Assembly (NCBI GenBank): GCA_035512695.1
Contig: DATKDL010000227.1
Coordinates: 6,941 to 70,940, forward strand
Direction: 5' to 3'
DNA length: 64,000 bases
Origin: Anaerolineales bacterium
GTDB lineage: Bacteria; Chloroflexota; Anaerolineae; Anaerolineales; JABWBV01
The notes below the pieces were generated by a model, which worked only from the letters and a program-made list of their open reading frames with translations, was not told the origin of the DNA and did not search any database. The position numbers and the translations under genes are program-made. The number at the start of each line of letters is the position of its first letter. Positions within the stretch are counted from its first letter, which is position 1. Positions 45,352 through 55,005 of this stretch are shown here, piece by piece.

Positions 45352-47235
45352 TCATCGTTTTCCAAAATCTTGAGGCCTGGTGAATTCGGGTGTGGATGCA
45401 AGGGGCCGGGTGAAGACCAGGATCGCGGAGCCGGGCCGGCAGGGGTACGGCGCCGAGGTCTCTGCGGATAAAACCAGCCCGGCCGCCTCAACGGACGACC
45501 TGAGCGGATCCACAAAACCGGCCGACTCGACCAGGATGAAATCGGCCTCCCCTAGCCAGCGCTCGGACAGCGCCTCGCTCCATAGACCGAATTTTAGCAG
45601 GGCATCCGCATCGGGATGATCGAAAATGGTGTAATCACCATTGATCTGGGGCAGATAGAGGACCGGCTCGCGGAGGTACAGCAGCGGGGAGGCGGAATCG
45701 CCACCGCGCCAGTACACTGCATTGCCCGGTGGGATCAGGCCTGCCAGCTCGGCTCCGGTCTGTTCGAGGGCCGTCAGGGCGTCCTGGCCGCAATCGTAGG
45801 TGCGGTAGCCGTCCCCCAGGACGGCGGTCGGGGTGAGCAGGAGGCCGGCGGCCAGGAAAAGATGGAGCACGCCGGCGCCGATCCGATCGAGCCGGCTTCG
45901 TAAACCGGCCGCCAATCCGGCGACGGTCAGCCCGCCGATCAGCCCGGCAGCCGCCGGCAGGACCCGGCGGGTAGTGGTGTAGGCCAGCCCAAAGCGATGC
46001 TCGAGCACATCCCACAGCGGGAGCCCGGGCGCAGGATCGCCCGCCAGCCAGGAACGCAGGCGCGGGACCCGCAGCCGGGCCAGGCCATCGCCGATCCGGT
46101 CGTGGGCGCCAAGGCCGATCAGGATGGCGAAAAGGATGACCAAAACGGCCGCGGCCGCGCGCTGCCGGGTGGACCAGTCTCCGGTGATCGCCGGGAGTGA
46201 TGCGGCCAGCAGGTACAGACCCAGGGGGGCAAAGAAGGCGATGTAGACCGAAAAGCAGTAGACGCAGTAGGTCAATGCCAGCGATGCGGCCATGTGTTCG
46301 AACAAAAGCAAGGTGTAGAGCCCGGCTGCAAAGGCCAGGCTCCGCCGGTCGGCAGGTTCGCCCCCCCGGTGAGACAGAGAAAAGAGCGCCAGGACGAGCC
46401 CCATCACGGAGAGGAAATGCAGCCGCAGCCCCTCCAGGAAGCTGTAAAAACGGTTGGAGAAGGTCACCTGTGGGTCCCAGAACCGGGCCGCGGCCGGCTG
46501 CCGCCAGGGATCGAGGAACGGGGTCAGGGCATCCGGGAGCCAGTAGGCCCAGATCTTCAGGATGCCCGGCCAGAAAAATGCGTGGCCCAATGCAATCACC
46601 AGCACCCCGGCCCCCAGCGCCGACCAGCCCGCCCGCCGGCCGTGCACCCAGAAAATAAACGGCACGAGCAGGAAGAAGACCGGCGCCAGGTTCAGGCGCA
46701 CCAGCATCATTGAACCCGCCAGCGCGGCCGCGGCCGTCGTTCGCCACAGCGGGAGGGCGCCGCCCGAACGGTTGGGCAGGGCCAGGGCCAGGGTCCAGAT
46801 CAGCAGGCAGGCGATCAGCGCCTGGGAGGTCGCCAGGCTGTAGAAGCGGGCCGTGGCCGGGTTGATCGCCAGCAGCCAGACCGCCAGGGCCGCCCACCCG
46901 GGTGTGCAACGCTCCCTTACGAGGGTCCATAACCCCACGGCCAGCAGAAGGCCGACAGCCAGGATGAAATACCGCCCTTCCCGCAGCCCCGGCCCAAACA
47001 GCGCCTGGACGGCGCCGTGCACCAGGAACGAGAGCGGCATGTGGTTGGTCAGCGGGCCGTAATCCTGGAACGGTGCGTAATCCCCCCGGACAAACATCAG
47101 GCCCTTGATCAGATAGGCCCCTTCGTCCAGGACGGAGACCTGGGTGAGGGCGTAGTAGCGAGCATGGAGAAAAAATACCAGCGCCCCCGCTGCGGCGCAG
47201 ATTCCGGCCAGGTGCTTCTTCACGATCGGAATCAT
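45352..47235 (-). CDS. GT-C fold membrane glycosyltransferase-like protein, paralogue 2
   Basis: Colinear with 43361-45229 along its whole length (LDEGAY..PFQDYGPLTNHMPLSF..GPGL..GLWTL, and C-terminal YDCGQD...GAELAGLIPPG). Confidence 0.7.
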   Translation of the reverse strand: MIPIVKKHLAGICAAAGALVFFLHARYYALTQVSVLDEGAYLIKGLMFVRGDYAPFQDYGPLTNHMPLSFLVHGAVQALFGPGLREGRYFILAVGLLLAVGLWTLVRERCTPGWAALAVWLLAINPATARFYSLATSQALIACLLIWTLALALPNRSGGALPLWRTTAAAALAGSMMLVRLNLAPVFFLLVPFIFWVHGRRAGWSALGAGVLVIALGHAFFWPGILKIWAYWLPDALTPFLDPWRQPAAARFWDPQVTFSNRFYSFLEGLRLHFLSVMGLVLALFSLSHRGGEPADRRSLAFAAGLYTLLLFEHMAASLALTYCVYCFSVYIAFFAPLGLYLLAASLPAITGDWSTRQRAAAAVLVILFAILIGLGAHDRIGDGLARLRVPRLRSWLAGDPAPGLPLWDVLEHRFGLAYTTTRRVLPAAAGLIGGLTVAGLAAGLRSRLDRIGAGVLHLFLAAGLLLTPTAVLGDGYRTYDCGQDALTALEQTGAELAGLIPPGNAVYWRGGDSASPLLYLREPVLYLPQINGDYTIFDHPDADALLKFGLWSEALSERWLGEADFILVESAGFVDPLRSSVEAAGLVLSAETSAPYPCRPGSAILVFTRPLASTPEFTRPQDFGKR

Positions 47236-47245
47236 AATAGAAACT

Positions 47246-47296
47246 GAAAAAATAACAGGCGGGGTGGATATTGCCCGCCCCGCCTGTTATTTTTTC
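47246..47296 (-). terminator. Hairpin after gmd (19 bp perfect plus 3 bp)
   Basis: GAAAAAATAACAGGCGGGG...CCCCGCCTGTTATTTTTTC. The gmd stop codon (47287-47289) lies within the 3' arm as read on the plus strand. Confidence 0.7.
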
Positions 47297-48291
47297 GCCT
47301 CTTCGGGGAGATGGATGATCCCGTGCTTCAGCTGCCGCTCGAGGCTCTCCAGGTCTGCGTCCACCATCATTTTGACCAGCCCTTCGAAGTCGACGGTCCG
47401 TTCCCAACCCAGCTTCTCCCTGGCCCGGGTGGGATCCGAGACGAGCAGATCGACCTCGGCCGGGCGGTAGAAGCGGGCGTCCTGGACGACGTAATCCCGG
47501 TAATCGAGCCCCAGGTAGCCGAAGGCGACGTCGCAAAACTCGCGCACCGAGTGGGTTTTCCCGGTCCCGACCACAAAGTCTTCGGGCTCGTCCCGCTGGA
47601 GCATCATCCACATCGCCTGGACGTAGTCTCCGGCGTAGCCCCAATCGCGGCGGGAGTCGAGGTTACCCAGGCGCAGCTCGTTTGCGAGCCCCATCTTGAT
47701 CCGGGTTGCGCCGTGGGTGATCTTGTGCGTTACGAACTCCAGGCCGCGGCGCGGGCTCTCGTGGTTGAACAGGATCCCGGATACGGCGAACAGATCGTAG
47801 GATTCGCGGTAGTTGACCGTGATCCAGTGGGCGTAGACCTTAGCGACGCCGTAAGGGCTGCGCGGGTAGAAGGGGGTATCTTCGTTCTGCGGCGTTTCGA
47901 CGACCTTGCCGAACATTTCACTGGATGAGGCCTGGTAGAAGCGGGCTTTCGGCGTGACGAGGCGCATGGCTTCAAGCAGGCGGGTTACCCCGAGGGCGGT
48001 CACCTCCCCCGTGAGGACCGGCTGGTTCCAGGAGGTCGGCACAAAGGATTGGGCGGCCAGGTTGTAGATCTCGTCCGGTTGGTAGCGTTCGAGCAGATCG
48101 ACCAGGGAGCTCTGGTCGTGCAGATCGCCCTGTTCAAGGGTAATCGCGTCCTGGAAATGTTCGATCCGCTCGAAGGTGATCGTGCTGGAGCGCCGCACCA
48201 TTCCAACGACGTCGTAGCCTTTTTCGAGCAGGAATTCGGCCAGGTAGGAACCGTCCTGGCCTGTGATACCGGTGACGAGTGCGGTTGGCAT
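47287..48291 (-). CDS. gmd: GDP-mannose 4,6-dehydratase
   Basis: [24 protein letters not shown]-terminus, SSEMFG, and [10 protein letters not shown] catalytic region. Confidence 0.95.
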   Translation of the reverse strand: MPTALVTGITGQDGSYLAEFLLEKGYDVVGMVRRSSTITFERIEHFQDAITLEQGDLHDQSSLVDLLERYQPDEIYNLAAQSFVPTSWNQPVLTGEVTALGVTRLLEAMRLVTPKARFYQASSSEMFGKVVETPQNEDTPFYPRSPYGVAKVYAHWITVNYRESYDLFAVSGILFNHESPRRGLEFVTHKITHGATRIKMGLANELRLGNLDSRRDWGYAGDYVQAMWMMLQRDEPEDFVVGTGKTHSVREFCDVAFGYLGLDYRDYVVQDARFYRPAEVDLLVSDPTRAREKLGWERTVDFEGLVKMMVDADLESLERQLKHGIIHLPEEAKK

Positions 48292-48415
48292 GGGGACCTC
48301 GCGTTCCGGCGGCTTCCGTGGGGCTGCCGCCGGGTGGTGATCGGGTCAAAATTCAACTTTTGAATTATAATGGCGAATCGGTTGTGGTCAAGTGTACCGG
48401 GTACAATACCCGCCA

Positions 48416-49900
48416 ATGAACCGCCTGCTCCTAACGGCTGCCCTGGCTGCAATTTTCACCCTCGGCCTCGCCATCCGTCTCTACGATCTCTCCGATCCGC
48501 CCTTCGACTTCCACACCACCCGCCAGTTCCGAGCCGCCCTGATCGCCCGCGGGATGTTCTACGCCGACTGGTCGGGGGCAACCGAACCTCAAAAGACGAT
48601 AGCCATCGAACAGCGTGCGCGCGAGGCGCTGATCGAACCGCCGCTCTTCGAGTTCCTCGTCTCCCGTCTCTACCTGCTCGCCGGCCGCGCCGATCTGCGG
48701 ATCCCACGCGCCCTTTCCACCGTTTTCTGGCTGCTCGGCGGCGCGGCCGTCTTCGGCCTGGCGCGCGACCTGTCTTCCACCTCCGGCGCGCTGATCGCCC
48801 TGGTCTATTTCCTCTTCCTGCCGTTCGGAATGCTTGCCAGCCGCAGCTTCCAGCCCGACCCCCTCATGGCGGCCCTGATCGCCGCCGCCGCCTGGTCGCT
48901 ATACCGCTGGGTCCGATTGCCGGGCCTGGGAGCAGCCGTCCTGGCCGGGTCGCTGACTGGTCTCGCCATACTGGTCAAGGTGGTCGCCCTGCTCCCGCTC
49001 GGGCTCGGCGCCCTCTTGCTGATCTTGTTCGGACCGGGCCTGAAGAAAAGCCTGCGCGATCCGCAGACCTGGACCGTCGCCGGGCTGGCTATGCTTCCCG
49101 TCGGCGCATACTACCTCAATGGGCTGTTCATTTCCGGGTTCCTCCGGGGCCAGGAGTCGTTCCGATTCTTTCCCGCATATTGGTCGGACCCGGCCTTCTA
49201 CATCCGCTGGATCGAGACGGCGGCCGGGATCTGCGGTTTCGCGGCGCTGATCGTCGGGTTGATCGGCGTGTTCCTGGTCCGCGACCGGGCCGGTCGCGGG
49301 CTGCTCGCCGGTCTATGGCTGGGCTACCTCGTATACAGCCTGGCCCTCCCATACCACACCTTGACTCACGACTATTACCAGCTTCTGCTCATCCCGATTG
49401 CGGCCGTCTCGCTCGCCGCCCCTGCAGCGCTGGTCTTTGACGAACTCGTCCGCGGCCCCCACGTCCGCCTGGCGGGGACTGCCGCCGTGCTGCTGATCGC
49501 CGGTGCCGTCCTGTTCAAGGTCTGGGATACACGCGTGATCCTGGCCCGAACCGATTACCGTCCGGAGGCTGTGGAATGGGCCCGGTTCGAAGGATTGCTC
49601 CCGCCGGATGCACAGGTCATCGCCCTCGCCCGGGCGTACGGCTATCCACTGGCCTACTACGGTTGGGTCACCGCCCGGACCTGGCCAACCGGCGCAGATC
49701 TGGACCTGCGCACACTGGCCGGACTGGACGAAGCGGAGATCGTCTCTCGCCACTTCTCGACCCTGGCCGGCGCCGATTATTTCATCGTGACGCAATTCAG
49801 TGAATTTGACCGCCAGCCCGATCTCCAGGCCTACCTCTCACAGCACGCCGAGATCCACCTGGAAGGCGACGGGTTCGTGATCTACGCTTTGAACCCATGA
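48416..49900 (+). CDS. GT39/ArnT-like membrane glycosyltransferase (putative)
   Basis: MNRLLLTAALAAIFTLGLAIRLYDL start typical of PMT_2/ArnT-like proteins, polytopic, with a soluble C-terminus. ATG 48416 preferred over the track GTG 48392. Confidence 0.65.
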   Translation: MNRLLLTAALAAIFTLGLAIRLYDLSDPPFDFHTTRQFRAALIARGMFYADWSGATEPQKTIAIEQRAREALIEPPLFEFLVSRLYLLAGRADLRIPRALSTVFWLLGGAAVFGLARDLSSTSGALIALVYFLFLPFGMLASRSFQPDPLMAALIAAAAWSLYRWVRLPGLGAAVLAGSLTGLAILVKVVALLPLGLGALLLILFGPGLKKSLRDPQTWTVAGLAMLPVGAYYLNGLFISGFLRGQESFRFFPAYWSDPAFYIRWIETAAGICGFAALIVGLIGVFLVRDRAGRGLLAGLWLGYLVYSLALPYHTLTHDYYQLLLIPIAAVSLAAPAALVFDELVRGPHVRLAGTAAVLLIAGAVLFKVWDTRVILARTDYRPEAVEWARFEGLLPPDAQVIALARAYGYPLAYYGWVTARTWPTGADLDLRTLAGLDEAEIVSRHFSTLAGADYFIVTQFSEFDRQPDLQAYLSQHAEIHLEGDGFVIYALNP

Positions 49901-50676
49901 CCCGCGTCACCATCGTGACACCTTCCTTCAACCAGGCGCCGTTCCTGGAGCAGACGATCCGCTCGGTCCTCGATCAGGACCACGCCGATCTGGAATACAT
50001 CCTCGTCGACGGCGGATCGACCGACGAAAGCTCAGAGATCATCCGCCGGCACGCCGACAGGCTCGCCTGGTGGGTATCCGAACCTGACCGAGGCCAGACC
50101 GATGCGATCAACAAGGGTTTCGCCCGTGCGACCGGCGAGATCCTGGCCTGGCTCAATTCGGACGACACCTACGAGCCCGGCGCCGTCCGTGAAGCGGCGG
50201 CCTACCTGGATTCTCACCCGGATGTGGGCATGGTCTACGGGGACGCCAACTTCATCGATTCGGACAGCAGGATCATCGGCCGCTTCAACGCCCGGCAAAC
50301 CGATTACGAACGGCTGATGCGCGGCGCAGTCTATATCCCCCAGCAGGCAGCTTTCTTCCGCCGATCGCTCTGGGAGCGGGTCGGTCCGCTCGATTCGAGC
50401 TTTTATTTCGCCATGGACTTCGATCTGTGGGTGCGCCTGGCGAAGATTTCCCGACTAGAATATCTGCCCGGCCGCATCTGGGCCAATTTCCGCCTGCACG
50501 AGGCGGCCAAGACGATCGCCGACGATCCACGCTGCTGGCCTGAGATGCTGAAAGTCCACCGGCGGGAAGGCGGGCAGCCGATTTCGATCATGACGCTCCG
50601 CTACCACGCCCGGCGGATCCTGGCTCCGTTGATCCACGTGCGACGGAAGCGGATGTTGGATAGCTCAGTGCAATGA
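49897..50676 (+). CDS. Glycosyltransferase family 2
   Basis: VTIVTPSFNQAPFLEQTIRSVLDQ, VDGGSTDES, LNSDDTY. ATGA overlap with the upstream gene. Confidence 0.9.
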   Translation: MTRVTIVTPSFNQAPFLEQTIRSVLDQDHADLEYILVDGGSTDESSEIIRRHADRLAWWVSEPDRGQTDAINKGFARATGEILAWLNSDDTYEPGAVREAAAYLDSHPDVGMVYGDANFIDSDSRIIGRFNARQTDYERLMRGAVYIPQQAAFFRRSLWERVGPLDSSFYFAMDFDLWVRLAKISRLEYLPGRIWANFRLHEAAKTIADDPRCWPEMLKVHRREGGQPISIMTLRYHARRILAPLIHVRRKRMLDSSVQ

Positions 50677-52769
50677 AATCCTTCAATCGATATTTAATCC
50701 CTTTCTCGGCGGTCCTGGCCGCTGCCTTCGCCCTGCTTATCGGTTTCCGGACGGCCCGGGCGATCCAGCCTCCTGGATTTTCATATGAGCCGGTCGCCTC
50801 CGGCCTCAACCTGCCGATCGACGCCGAGTTCATGCCGGACGGCGGCATCCTGGTCGCCGAAAAGGGCGCCGGCGCCGGCATCGACGGCCAGTCCGCCATC
50901 CGGCTCATTCGGGACGGTGAGGTCCAGGAAGTTCCGGTCCTGCTCCTGAGTACGTACACGTTTGGCGATTCCGGCATCCTGGGCCTGGTCCTGGACCCGG
51001 GCTTCGCCGGCAACGGCTATTTTTACGCCTGGTACGGCACCGGTCGGGATGCGCTGGGCTGGTCGGGCGTAACGGTCTATCGTCTCTCCCGTTTCACCTT
51101 CGATCCACTCACCGAGACGGCTGACCCGGCCAGCGAGCGGATTTTGATCGACGGCGTTCCGGCCGGCGATTATCACAACGGCGGTGGGCTGGTCTTCGAC
51201 GATGACGGTCTGCTCTACATCGCCACCGGCGACGCGAACGTCCCTGAACGGTCGCAGGACCTGACCGCCTGGAACGGTAAGATCCTGCGAATCTTGCCGA
51301 CGGAAACCGGGTATATCGTCCCAGGCGGGAACCCGTTCGTCGGCGATCCGAACATCCCGGACGAGATCTTCGCCTATGGCCTGCGGAATCCTTTCAGAAT
51401 TGCCGTCCGGGGCGCGAACGGTCAGGTCTATGCGGCCGATGTCGGCGAGATCAAGTGGGAGGAGGTCAACCTCGTCAGCGCCGGAGCGAACTTCGGCTGG
51501 CCGGTCCGGGAAGGCCCCTGCCCGATCGGGCAGGTCACGCCGTGCGAACCGGCGCCGCCGGGATACGTTGACCCGGTGCTCTACTACCGACACACGAGCC
51601 CTGCGATCGGTGCGGCCGTCTCCGCGGTCGCATTCTACGAAGGGACGATATTCCCCGAACCCTACCGGGGCAATCTCTTCTTCGCCGACATAAACCAGGG
51701 GTTCATCGCCCGTTCGGACCTGACCGGTCTGCCCGTCATCGACGGCGAGTTCGAGATCTTCGATCCCGCCGCCGGGTTCCTGGTCGACGCGGCGTACCGC
51801 CAGGGCGCCCTCTACTTTGTCGATATCGTTGCCGGAAAAATTATGAGGCTGGCGTACACTGGGGATTCCCCCCAGCCGTATGCCGTCCTCGCGGCCGACC
51901 CGCGGCTCGGACCGGCGCCGCTCGTCGTCTCCTTCAGCGCGGCCGGGAGCACGATCGTCCCCGGGACGACGCCGACCTATCATTGGGATTTCGGCGACGG
52001 CAGCGCACCGGGCCTGACTTCGACCCCCTCAACCGCCCACACCTATCCGGCCGACGGCAACTATCTCGCCACGCTGATGATCACCGATAACACCGGCGGG
52101 GGATCGAATACAGCCGAGGTTGGGATCACGGTCTATTCCGGCGAGCTGCCCGCCATTGAGCTCACCAATCTGACCGACCCCGAGAGAACGCTCTATCACG
52201 GCGGTGACGAGATCGAATACCGGGCCGTCCGATCCACGACCGCCGATCTGGATCCGGACACGCCGTTCACCTGGAAGATCGATCTGATGCACAATCAGCA
52301 TTTCCACCCGATCATCTCCGGTCACTCCGTCGTTTCCGGTACCCTCCAGATCGACTCCAGCGATCACGGCGGCAGCGTCAACCTCTGGTATCGCTTCACC
52401 CTGACGATGCTCACCGATACCGGGATCGCAGTGGAGATCTTCGAGGAGATCTTCCCAAAGATCGTGACCCATACCGTCACGACCACGCCTTTGGAGCCCG
52501 GAGTCACCCGCGTTTCGATCGGGAACGTCCCTCACTACGTCCCGCATGACTTCCTCACGATTGCCGGGACCGAGATCCATATCGCTGCGCCAGCCGTGAT
52601 CTTATTCGAGGACGGGGTCTACGATTTCGGCTCCTGGTCGCCTCAGCCCGGGTCCGAGCCGTTCATCCTGTTTGTCTCGCCGGAAGTCGAAACGGTGCTG
52701 AATGCGAGCTACGATTTCATCGGGCCGGTGTTAAAAGTGTGGATGCCCGTCCTGTTGGCGGATGGATAA
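50673..52769 (+). CDS. Secreted glucose/sorbosone dehydrogenase-like (PQQ-SGDH beta-propeller) protein with PKD domain and extra C-terminal domains
   Basis: Signal anchor. GILGLVLDPGF, YHNGGGLVFDDDG, YGLRNPFR, GANFGWP motifs of the SGDH family. PKD signature YHWDFGDGS...HTY..GNY. ATGA overlap with the upstream gene. Confidence 0.8.
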   Translation: MKSFNRYLIPFSAVLAAAFALLIGFRTARAIQPPGFSYEPVASGLNLPIDAEFMPDGGILVAEKGAGAGIDGQSAIRLIRDGEVQEVPVLLLSTYTFGDSGILGLVLDPGFAGNGYFYAWYGTGRDALGWSGVTVYRLSRFTFDPLTETADPASERILIDGVPAGDYHNGGGLVFDDDGLLYIATGDANVPERSQDLTAWNGKILRILPTETGYIVPGGNPFVGDPNIPDEIFAYGLRNPFRIAVRGANGQVYAADVGEIKWEEVNLVSAGANFGWPVREGPCPIGQVTPCEPAPPGYVDPVLYYRHTSPAIGAAVSAVAFYEGTIFPEPYRGNLFFADINQGFIARSDLTGLPVIDGEFEIFDPAAGFLVDAAYRQGALYFVDIVAGKIMRLAYTGDSPQPYAVLAADPRLGPAPLVVSFSAAGSTIVPGTTPTYHWDFGDGSAPGLTSTPSTAHTYPADGNYLATLMITDNTGGGSNTAEVGITVYSGELPAIELTNLTDPERTLYHGGDEIEYRAVRSTTADLDPDTPFTWKIDLMHNQHFHPIISGHSVVSGTLQIDSSDHGGSVNLWYRFTLTMLTDTGIAVEIFEEIFPKIVTHTVTTTPLEPGVTRVSIGNVPHYVPHDFLTIAGTEIHIAAPAVILFEDGVYDFGSWSPQPGSEPFILFVSPEVETVLNASYDFIGPVLKVWMPVLLADG

Positions 52770-54246
52770 CTTGAGGACCGATCCGAAAATTTGGGCATTC
52801 CTTTACGTCCTCGCGGTCACCGGGGGGCTGTTCTATTTCTTCAGGGGGTGGAGCTACGACGACCCCTATATCACCTACCGCTACGCCGCCAACCTGGCCG
52901 ATGGCTTCGGGTTCGTTTACAACCCCGGTGAGCGGGTCCTGAGTACGACCTCGCCGCTTCTGGCGCTGGCGCTGGCCGGGCTGCACCGGCTCGGCGCCGA
53001 CATCCCCGCCACGGCCAACCTGCTCGGCACCTTTAGCCTGGCCGTCGGCGGACTGCTGCAGTGGGAAATCGCCCGCCGCCTCGAACTCCCGGCGGCGGGT
53101 TGGGCCGGCCTTTTGCTGTACCCGACCACACCCCTGCTGGTCAGTACGCTCGGGTCGGAAACACCGATCTACCTGGCGCTCTGCCTGGGGGCAGTTTCTT
53201 TATATCTTCAAAAAAAATACGCCGCGGCCGGGGTCTTTCTGAGCCTGGCCGTCCTCAGCCGGGCGGACGCCCTGGTCCTGGGCGCGCTGCTCGCTGCGGA
53301 TTGGCTGATCCGGGCGTTCCGGACCACGCGTTCGCCGGCCGCCGTCATCCGGTCGGTGCCGCTGAAAACATTGATCGCCCCGGTCGCCGTCCTGCTGCCG
53401 TGGGTGCTGTTCGGTTGGCTGTATTTCGGGTCCCCGCTCCCGGCCACGCTGGCGGCCAAGCGGGCCCAGGGGTTGTTGAACCCGGCCGATCGTTTTCTCC
53501 CGGGTCTCTGGGATCTCGCCGGCCGCCTCGCGGAGTTTCCCCATTACTGGATCTATTTTGTCCTGATCCCGGCCGGTTTTCTGGTCGCCATTAAAAGGCC
53601 CGCCTGGTACCCGCTCCTGCTCTGGCCGGTCTGTTTCGCCGCGGGATATACCCTTCTCTCCGTGAATCGCTATCCCTGGTATTACGCCTCTCTCTTCCCG
53701 GGTGCGCTGGCCGGAGCGGGACTGGCGCTGGGGGCCTGGTTTCACGGGCCGGCGGGAGGCGCACCGGCTCGAACGGGGCTTTTCGCGGAATCGGTCCGGC
53801 GGCTCCGGACTGCCGGGCCGGTCTTGCTTCTTCTGCTCTTGTTTGCAGGGCAGCTCACGGACCTCAAACGGCTCCACGCCGGCTTTGACACACGATTTGC
53901 GATTTACCGGGAAATCGGTCTGTGGCTGGTGGAAAACACACCACCGGACGCTTCGATCGGCACGCTGGAGGTCGGAATCATCGGTTTTTTCGCCCGGCCC
54001 CGGCCGATGGTCGATTTCACCGGGCTGATCCAGCCGGACGTCGCCACGCAGTTCCGACCCGGATATGCCTATACCGATGCCGCAGCCTGGGCCGCCGAGC
54101 GCTACCAGCCGGACGTCCTCGTGCTGGCAGGCGGGTTTGGCGAACTGCGGCAAACGTACATGCGGGATCGCTGCCGGTCGGCGGCGGAATTCGCCGGCGC
54201 CGATTTCGGGTATGATCGGGACATCGTGATCTATGTCTGCGGTTAA
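52762..54246 (+). CDS. Polytopic membrane protein, GT-C-like (putative glycosyltransferase)
   Basis: First-loop WSYDDPYITYRYAANLADGFGFVYNPGERV (acidic DD motif), 10 or more TMs, and a soluble C-terminus. Overlaps the upstream stop by 8 nt. Confidence 0.6.
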   Translation: MDNLRTDPKIWAFLYVLAVTGGLFYFFRGWSYDDPYITYRYAANLADGFGFVYNPGERVLSTTSPLLALALAGLHRLGADIPATANLLGTFSLAVGGLLQWEIARRLELPAAGWAGLLLYPTTPLLVSTLGSETPIYLALCLGAVSLYLQKKYAAAGVFLSLAVLSRADALVLGALLAADWLIRAFRTTRSPAAVIRSVPLKTLIAPVAVLLPWVLFGWLYFGSPLPATLAAKRAQGLLNPADRFLPGLWDLAGRLAEFPHYWIYFVLIPAGFLVAIKRPAWYPLLLWPVCFAAGYTLLSVNRYPWYYASLFPGALAGAGLALGAWFHGPAGGAPARTGLFAESVRRLRTAGPVLLLLLLFAGQLTDLKRLHAGFDTRFAIYREIGLWLVENTPPDASIGTLEVGIIGFFARPRPMVDFTGLIQPDVATQFRPGYAYTDAAAWAAERYQPDVLVLAGGFGELRQTYMRDRCRSAAEFAGADFGYDRDIVIYVCG

Positions 54247-54272
54247 GCGTTATACTTGTCCGGTTCGGGAGG

Positions 54273-54422
54273 ATGACCACCCCAGGGAGTGTTTTTTTGA
54301 AACCGCCGCATCTGCATGTCGAGATCGAACCGACCCACAACTGCAACACCCGCTGCTTTCACAGCCCGCACGAGACCATCACGCGCCCCGTGGGGCTGAT
54401 GGACGCGAGGCTTTTTTCTTGA
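54273..54422 (+). pseudogene. Remnant of a radical SAM gene (N-terminal ~49 codons only)
   Basis: Unlisted short ORF MTTPGSVFLKPPHLHVEIEPTHNCNTRCFHSPHETITRPVGLMDARLFS*. It resembles the IEPTxxCNLRCxxCP...G.M..elf N-terminus, but the third Cys is Ser and a stop follows. Confidence 0.45.
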
Positions 54423-54440
54423 AGCGCTTCAGATCTTGAG

Positions 54441-55001
54441 ATGGAATTTCTCCCGACCGCTATCCCTGACGTCGTCCTGATCCGGCCAAAAGTATTCGGC
54501 GATGCGCGCGGTTTCTTCATGGAGACCTTTCATGCGCGCCGCTTCGCCGAAGCCGGGATCACCGGCGATTTCGTCCAGGACAATCACTCCGGCTCGCACC
54601 GCGGCACCCTGCGCGGTCTGCACTACCAGATCCGGCAGGCCCAGGGCAAGCTGCTGCGCTGCCTCGCCGGGGAGATCTTCGACGTCGCCGTCGACATCCG
54701 CCGCGGCTCCCCCACCTTCGGGAAGTGGGTCGGGGTCACGCTCACGGCCGAGAACCGGCACATGGTCTGGGTCCCGCCCGGTTTTGCCCACGGTTTCTAC
54801 GTCCTGAGCGAGTGGGGCGAGCTGGCGTACAAGACCACCGATTACTACGCTCCGGAGTGGGAGCGCAGCCTCTCCTGGAACGACCCTGCGATCGGGATCG
54901 ACTGGCCGCTGATTCCGGGCGCCGAGCCCATCCTGTCCGACCGGGACAAGGCGGCGCCTCCGCTTGCGGAAGCGGAGATCTTCCCGGCTGACGGGGATTA
55001 A
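54441..55001 (+). CDS. rfbC: dTDP-4-dehydrorhamnose 3,5-epimerase
   Basis: IPDVVLIRPKVFGDARGFFMETF, LRGLHYQ, GFAHGF motifs. Confidence 0.95.
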   Translation: MEFLPTAIPDVVLIRPKVFGDARGFFMETFHARRFAEAGITGDFVQDNHSGSHRGTLRGLHYQIRQAQGKLLRCLAGEIFDVAVDIRRGSPTFGKWVGVTLTAENRHMVWVPPGFAHGFYVLSEWGELAYKTTDYYAPEWERSLSWNDPAIGIDWPLIPGAEPILSDRDKAAPPLAEAEIFPADGD

Positions 55002-55005
55002 ATCC

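Noticed and set aside
45635-47644. 669-aa ORF, plus many other very long track ORFs. Examples: 19750-21684 (+), 40729-42342 (-), 40683-41909 (+), 30791-32350 (+), 17020-18594 (-), 54742-56133 (-), 12324-13673 (-), 334-1440 (-), 27927-29147 (-), 50781-51983 (-).
   Set aside because: All overlap genes with clear family motifs in another frame or strand. Their translations are Arg/Pro/Gly/Asp-rich low-complexity strings with no recognisable motifs. This is the expected stop-codon-poor artefact of GC-rich DNA.
48366-48407. TATAAT (48366-48371) and TACAAT (48402-48407) hexamers in the gmd / GT39-like divergent region. The second would imply a near-leaderless mRNA for ATG 48416.
   Set aside because: No acceptable -35 element lies at 16-18 nt for either hexamer. 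Single hexamers are expected by chance in the few AT-richer gaps. TSS mapping is needed.
54233-54439. 68-aa track ORF between the GT-C-like gene and rmlC.
   Set aside because: Its frame gives a featureless R/P-rich peptide. A different frame of the same DNA gives the radical-SAM-like fragment reported instead.
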